Shown: positions 37,862-44,100 of the stretch, piece by piece | Layout of the letters: every line of letters begins with the position of its first letter | How positions within the stretch are numbered: the first letter of the stretch is position 1 | NCBI GenBank assembly: GCA_964415785.1 | Contig: CAYQBU010000001.1 | Coordinates: 1,152 to 65,151 of the forward strand | Length of the DNA: 64,000 nucleotides | Direction of reading: 5' to 3' | Origin: an uncultured Bradymonadales bacterium | GTDB taxonomy: Bacteria > Myxococcota_A > Bradymonadia > Bradymonadales > Bradymonadaceae | Program-made: the position numbers and the translations under genes | The notes under the pieces: model-generated | Seen by the model: the letters and a program-made list of their open reading frames with translations, nothing else | The model's database searches: none | What the model was told of the DNA's origin: nothing

Positions 37862-38833
37862 CTATGTTCCTTTATCGCTTGTCGCCACGCACTGATACAT
37901 CACGATCGGGTCATCGGCGCGCTGCCGGTGGCAATCGACCATCTCTTGTTGGCGTAGATCGACCGTTCCGCATGGAAAAATCGCGTGGAGTCGCTTTTGT
38001 AAACGCTCTCGCTGCTGGTCGTAATTTTCGATAAACACCCGCATTTGCTCGGTCACCAGGGCCAGTTGTTTTTTGGTATCTGTGCGAAACCGTGGGCACG
38101 GCCCATTTTCAACGCCTTTGTTGGGTGACTCCCAGATCGGAACTTCACAGACCGCTTCGGCGCCCATGACCTCTTCGCCGCGCTCTCGGCGACAGCGCCG
38201 ATAATACGCCTCCAATTGGCGGATCCATTCGTTGGCCAGCGCCCGCGCCTCCTCGATGGGCATATCCCGAAGAAACGGAGGTGGCTCGACGCGATACTCG
38301 ATTTTGTCGGGACCACCCAACGCGCTGTAGTGGGCCATGGGGCGATGGGCCACCCGGGTCTTTCCCCAATCGTCGGGCAGCAGCATAAACCCGGGCCAAT
38401 CCCGGACCTTGTCGACGAGCCCGGCCTTCACGGGGTTGAGCCAAATATAGAGCAACTCCCACCAGGTCGTCGCCGCCCCCACCAGATCCGTATCCCCGTA
38501 GGCGCTCTCCGTGGGACCGCACCGCTTCCTCTCCCTGGTCCACATCGGCCAGGCCAGGTCGTAGTAGGGCTTGAGGCGCCGCGTCGTCTCGCGAGCCATA
38601 TCGCGCATAAAATGACTGCGATCCCCTCGCACATCACGCGTGCAGATATGGAGGTGGTTGGTCATCGCCATAAACGCCAGCATCTCCTGGCCGCTTAAGG
38701 TCGCCGCCTTTGCCATTTCGTATTCCAACACCCGGTTGGTGTAATCGCCAGGGCGAAGATGAAACTGCCCCTCGTGGCATCGCCGCGTCAGATGGCATAC
38801 CGCTTTGGGTCGATGGCATTTCTGGACCACCAT
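37862..38833 (-). CDS. HUH-Y1 transposase-like protein (IS200/RayT family) with ~150-aa C-terminal extension
   Basis: HUH motif MTNHLHIC. Catalytic-Tyr block LLYIWLNPVKAGLVDKVRDWPG parallels the RayT block YIYINPVKHGWV..DWPFSS. Confidence 0.7.
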   Translation of the reverse strand: MVVQKCHRPKAVCHLTRRCHEGQFHLRPGDYTNRVLEYEMAKAATLSGQEMLAFMAMTNHLHICTRDVRGDRSHFMRDMARETTRRLKPYYDLAWPMWTRERKRCGPTESAYGDTDLVGAATTWWELLYIWLNPVKAGLVDKVRDWPGFMLLPDDWGKTRVAHRPMAHYSALGGPDKIEYRVEPPPFLRDMPIEEARALANEWIRQLEAYYRRCRRERGEEVMGAEAVCEVPIWESPNKGVENGPCPRFRTDTKKQLALVTEQMRVFIENYDQQRERLQKRLHAIFPCGTVDLRQQEMVDCHRQRADDPIVMYQCVATSDKGT

Positions 38834-39030
38834 GATCGCCTCCCCATCGCTTGGTTCACTCCGTTTTTGGACTCCTTTGGACTCCCCTCCGTTATCGCCT
38901 ATGAATCGCCGATCGTTTCGTCGCCGCCTGCCCCTCAGCGATCAGCAAACGTCGACTGCAGCTCCGTAGCCCGGCAGGCCTTCGGACTTTCTATTCCTGC
39001 CCTGTGACGTTGCTCTGTTTTCCCAGACAT

Positions 39031-39759
39031 TCAAATCCAGCCCAATCCCACCACGAAAAAGACGGCCGCCCCCACCAATCCATGGGACACCGTCACCCCC
39101 ACCAGACTGCGCTGGCGCTCGTACATCCAGCCCCAAAAAACCCCGATGGGCACCGTCATCAGAGCAAACCAGAGCGATACGTGCAGATGAAGCACACTGA
39201 AGACCGCCGCCGATCCCAAAATCGCAACCCAACGCCCCTGTGAGCCCCCAACACCGCGCCGGAGTGTGCTCTGAATCACCCCATGGATCACCACCTTTTG
39301 CGCTCCGATCATCGCCAGGTACAGCGCCGCATAGGCCATCGTCCCCGTCCACCCATGCCACTGAATCACCTCCTGCACCGACCATATTTCCTCCCCCGCA
39401 ACCTCCGGCCACCGCACCGTCCCCACCCATTTGATGGCCACGCAGCCCACCACCCAGGGCACCGTCATCACCATTGATTCCCACACATCGCGCTTCCACC
39501 GCCCCCACCGAAACCCAAACGCCTCCGCCCCCCGCCCGCTGCCACGCATCAACCCGATCCCCACCGCCATTCCCGCCACCTGCATGGGCACACTGATCCA
39601 CGCCGTATGCTCTCGCACCACCTCCGGCATCTGCCCCAGAGCGGCCAGCACCACCGCGTAAAGGCTCAACCCCACGGCCAGCGCCAATCCCAACCACCGC
39701 AATTCTCGCCTATCCCGCTCCTCGATGTCGCGCCCAACTCTCATGTCCCCATCATCCAA
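39031..39759 (-). CDS. CPBP/Abi-family-like membrane protein with non-canonical motif residues
   Basis: ~6 TM segments. FSVLH (motif 2, FxxxH) and SHGLVG (motif 3 position) are present. Motif 1 reads AQKVVIHG instead of EExxxRG. Confidence 0.55.
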   Translation of the reverse strand: MDDGDMRVGRDIEERDRRELRWLGLALAVGLSLYAVVLAALGQMPEVVREHTAWISVPMQVAGMAVGIGLMRGSGRGAEAFGFRWGRWKRDVWESMVMTVPWVVGCVAIKWVGTVRWPEVAGEEIWSVQEVIQWHGWTGTMAYAALYLAMIGAQKVVIHGVIQSTLRRGVGGSQGRWVAILGSAAVFSVLHLHVSLWFALMTVPIGVFWGWMYERQRSLVGVTVSHGLVGAAVFFVVGLGWI

Positions 39760-39859
39760 GCCCCGACCCTACTTCGCAACCCCTTGCCAACCGCACTCCC
39801 GTTCCCACACTTTCCCCACCGACCTCGCCCCTTTCGCGTCTCTCAACCCCGTTTTGTCC

Positions 39860-40783
39860 ATGCATTTCCAACGCTTCATCGGCATCGACTGGTCCGGCGC
39901 CGCTACCGCCGACGACCGCGTCAACCTTCGCCTCGTCGAATCGGGCCCCCACCTCTCGACGCCTCGCGCCATCACTCCCCCGGAGTCGTCCCGCGCCAAG
40001 AACTGGACCCGCAACGAGGTCCGACGCTACCTTCTGGACGCCCTTCACCCCCACGCCCCCCGAACGCTCGTGGCCATCGACGCCGCCATCGGCTACCCCA
40101 CCGGCGCCGCCTCCGCCATCTTTGACGCTTCCACCTTCTCCGACCTCGCCGCCACCGTCGCAAAGGGCCTGGCCGCCCATCCCGATCTCCCTTCCTATAT
40201 CGACGCCCTCAACCTCCGCGCCGCCGCCCACCCCACCGGCGTCCCCTTCTTCTACCGCGGAAGCGATCTCCCCGACCGCTCCTGGCACCGCCCCCACCAT
40301 CGTCCCCACAGCTTTTTTACCCACCACGGCATCGCCTACTACCGCCTGGTAGAGACCTTCGTCCCTGAGTCGCTAAGCCCCTTTTACATCGGCCCTGGCC
40401 CCATGGTCGCCTACCACGCCCTGACCGTTCTGCGTCTGATTCACCACCTCTTTGAGGCCCGTCAGCAGAGCACCGTCGACGTCGGCATCTGGCCCCTCGA
40501 CCCCCACTGGTCCAACGCCAAACACCTCATCGCCGAATGCTACCCCTCGGCCCTTCCCCAGCCTCGCACCTCGCCCACCTCCAATAACCCCCACTACCTC
40601 GACGCCCTCACCATCGCCGACTGGCTCCACCACCTCTCCACCGACGACCTCAACGCGTTCCTCCACCTCGACAGCACCGATTCCCCGGCACCACTCCTCG
40701 AGGTCGCCACCAACGAGGGTTGGATCCTCGGCATCCCCCTTCCCCGCTCCCTGCCCTATTACTACGCCTTGAGCACTCGTTGA
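39860..40783 (+). CDS. Hypothetical protein, possibly RNase-H-fold (DUF429-like)
   Basis: Start chosen at ATG 39860 (MHFQRFIGIDWSGA...). Acidic motifs IGIDWSGA, VAIDAAIGYP, AECYPSA and EGWILG. Domain assignment is tentative. Confidence 0.5.
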   Translation: MHFQRFIGIDWSGAATADDRVNLRLVESGPHLSTPRAITPPESSRAKNWTRNEVRRYLLDALHPHAPRTLVAIDAAIGYPTGAASAIFDASTFSDLAATVAKGLAAHPDLPSYIDALNLRAAAHPTGVPFFYRGSDLPDRSWHRPHHRPHSFFTHHGIAYYRLVETFVPESLSPFYIGPGPMVAYHALTVLRLIHHLFEARQQSTVDVGIWPLDPHWSNAKHLIAECYPSALPQPRTSPTSNNPHYLDALTIADWLHHLSTDDLNAFLHLDSTDSPAPLLEVATNEGWILGIPLPRSLPYYYALSTR

Positions 40784-40956
40784 CGGTGCGTCTGACGCGT
40801 CGAGAACGTGCAGGAACGTCGTTGACGCTCGCTCGACGATACCTCCGGCATCGCCTCGTCGCCGCTCTGATCTTCCACGTGTTCGCCAACCACGACCACC
40901 CCAAATCGATCACCCAACCTCCCTATTGAACCGTTGTCCTCGTCGCCCCCCCCGTA

Positions 40957-41112
40957 TTGACAAACTCACTATACCCTCATACCTTATATTCCGTATTTTA
41001 CATATTTTTAATATTTAGCTCCATTTTATCTGGGTTTAACGCACCTGCACCAGGCGATGGCGCATAGCTTAAAAATATCTGCATTAGTGATATTTAAGTA
41101 GAGGAGTACCTT
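40957..41112 (+). promoter_or_regulatory. A+T-rich upstream region of the giant gene with candidate promoter, inverted repeat and strong RBS
   Basis: TTGACA (40957-40962), 17 nt, then TACCTT (40980-40985). Imperfect inverted repeat CTTAAAAATATC (41068-41079) / GATATTTAAG (41089-41098). GAGGAG sits 6 nt before ATG 41113. By hand count there are 48 G+C in 40961-41100. Confidence 0.35.
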
Positions 41113-44100
41113 ATGGACTGGTCGGCCAGACTTTCTTCCGCATTGATTTGCCTGCACAATCAGATGAAACGGCCCATGGCCGCCTTACTGGTCGCCTCCA
41201 TCCTCGCCACCGCGATCCTCGGCATGTCGTCGACGGCCGCCGCTGGCGACACAGCGGTCGGTGAATTCCGGGTCTCCAACTACGCCGGCAATTTCGAAAA
41301 CAACAACTGGTTGTGGCGTGGCTATGCCTTCAGCGTCGCTCGCGAGACCGACGTCACCCATTTGTGGGGAGGCGCCGGTTCCAATTGCCCCCAATTCTTC
41401 GGCGCAATCTTTGACCTGACCTGGGATAACGATACTCCCGGAGATGGAAACTTCACCATCGGTGATGTCCTCACCGAGGTGGAATGGGACACCAATCGCG
41501 ATCCCGGCAACCCCCCTCAGGAAGAACAGGTCGAACTCGACGAAACTCTGACCCTGCAACCGGACCAATACTACTTTATCGGCCAGGGAAGGGGCATTGA
41601 CTTCGGCAGCGGCTGTCACAACGCCACCCAATCCATCGATGTTGAAAACCTCCAGATCGGTAGCCCCATCCTCGAGGAGTGGTATCCCAACGAAGACGCC
41701 GCCTATCAGCCCAGTGGTACCGGCGAGCCCTCAACCGTCGTGGGCACCACGACGTCGAGTACGACCCCCATTCGCGTGCTCATGGGCTTTAGCTACGAAA
41801 CCGACGTCACCGCCGCCGAGGTGGTCACCGGAGGTGCCCTGTCCACCGACCCCGACGAAGCGATCGTCGAAGGTGACCTCATCGAAAGTGGGGCCTTTGA
41901 AGACAGCGACGAAACGACCCTGTATTTCGAGATCAGCGAAGACTTCAATTTTGACGGTGGGACCACAGAATTGGTCCCCGCCAACCCCTTCACCGTGGAA
42001 GGTCCGTCTCAGGATATTCCCTTCTCCACGACCCTCGACGGCCTCGTCGATGGCACGACCTATTATTACCGCGCCGTGGCCATCAACGAGGCCGCCCGCT
42101 CCACCGGCGAAACCGAGAGTTTCGTCCACGACGGAATCAACTTCGCCTCCACCGTCAGCGCTTCCGTTGAGCCCGTGGGCTCCGTCACTCCTAACGACGT
42201 CCCTGTGGACGACGGAGAGACGGCCACCTTCGCCGTCTCTGCGCCTTCGGATCACGTGATCGCTTACGACAATATCGGCGGCGACTGCCCCACCGACGGC
42301 GGCTCCTGGGATGGCGACACCTATACCACCCCCGCCATCAGCGACGACTGCTCCGTCCAATTCAATACCCTGCCAATCGCCGGGCTGGGGCTGACCGCAG
42401 AAATCAGCGACCACGATGATCAGGACGGCACGGGCTCCATTACTCGAGATGACACGATCACTTTCCAGGCCACCGTCGAATACACCGGCGGCGCCAACAT
42501 CGACGATCTGGAAGTGACCAGTTCGCCGACCTTGAACGTGGTCTCCGACGACTGCAGCTCCACCACCCTCAGCACCGGCGACACCTGCCAAGTCACCTAC
42601 GACTACGAGGTGACCTACGCCGATGGCCAATTCGGCATGTACCTCGCCGAATTCCAGGCCTCCTCCGATTTTGCCGAAGACATGGCCACCGACGACAAAC
42701 TGGTGGTCATTGCCACTGACCTGTCCATCTCGGCACCGGCGCTGAGCAACGACGCCACCCCCACGCTCACCGGCACCGCCTCCACTGAAGAGGGCGCCGA
42801 GGTCTACGTCACGGTCATGGACTCCGAAAGCCAGATCCAGACCTCCACGGCCACCGTCGACGAAAATGAAGAATTTGAGACCACCGTCACCGACGACCTC
42901 GCCGAGGGCACCTATTCGGCGGAGGTGAGCTTCGAAAACGATATCGGTCACGTCTACACCGCCTTTGACTTCGGCATCATCGATCAGACCCCTCCCCCCC
43001 TGGCGGTGGAGAGCCCCCAGGGCTACATCAACGATCCCCTCCCCCTGGTCTACGGATTCACCGAGCCCAATGTGGACATGGCCATCGAAACCGACAATCA
43101 GACCATCACCTTCACCGCCGACTCTGCCGGCTATTGGCAATGGCAGCCCTCCGATGAACTCGATGATGGGACCTACTCATGGGATGTCTTCGCCACCGAC
43201 ACCGCTGGCAATACATCCACGGCGTCTGCCGACTTCACGGTCATCACCGAAGATCCCAATGCCGAGATCGACGTGCCCGTCGAGGGCTACGTGACCAACA
43301 ACGCTCAGCTCGAATTCACGGGCACCGCCGACGCCGACACCACCGCCGTGTTGCACATCGACGGCGAGGACGTCTCCACGATGTCCATCGATAGCTCCGA
43401 GAGCTGGTCCTACACCCCCTCCGAAGATCTCGACGATGGGCCGCATCAGGCCTTTATGGTGGTCACCGACCTCGCCGGCAACAGCTACCAGACGCCGACG
43501 CGAAACTTCGAAATCGACACCCAGGCCCCGGCAGGCACCATCGAGTCGCCCGCCGACGGTCTCGTCACCAACGATCCACAGCCCGACATCTATGGCACCG
43601 CTGAAGCGGGCTCCACCGTCGAGGTCTTTCTCGACGGCGACAGCCTCGATGTCGTCACCACCGACAGCAGCGGCTCCTGGTCCGCCCAATTTGGCGACGA
43701 CCTCGACGAAGGGGTCTACGAACTCGACGCCACCGTCGAAGACGAGGCCGGCAACCAGAGCGTCATTGACGCCGTGGAATTCGAAATCGACATCACCGCC
43801 CCCTTCATCGCCATCACAACCCCTGAAGACGGCGCCGTCATGAACTCGACGCCTCCCCAATTCGACGGACAATCCGAAGAAGATGCCCACATCGAGCTTC
43901 GCATCAACGGTGCCTCCATCGACACGGTGACCGCCGATAGCGACGACCTCTGGTCCTACGACTTGGAGGGCGAAATGCCCCTGGGAGACTACGAACTCCG
44001 GGCCACGGCCACCGACGAGGCCGGAAACTCCGCCGAGGCGACCCATGAATTTACGATCGTCGACAGCGTCCTCATCACCTCTCCGGCCGATCAGGACATC

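Noticed and set aside
41164-41166. Alternative start of the giant gene at ATG 41164 (MKRPMAALLVASIL..., a tidier signal peptide).
   Set aside because: ATG 41113 has a strong GAGGAG 6 nt upstream, whereas 41164 has none. I kept 41113, but the choice is uncertain.
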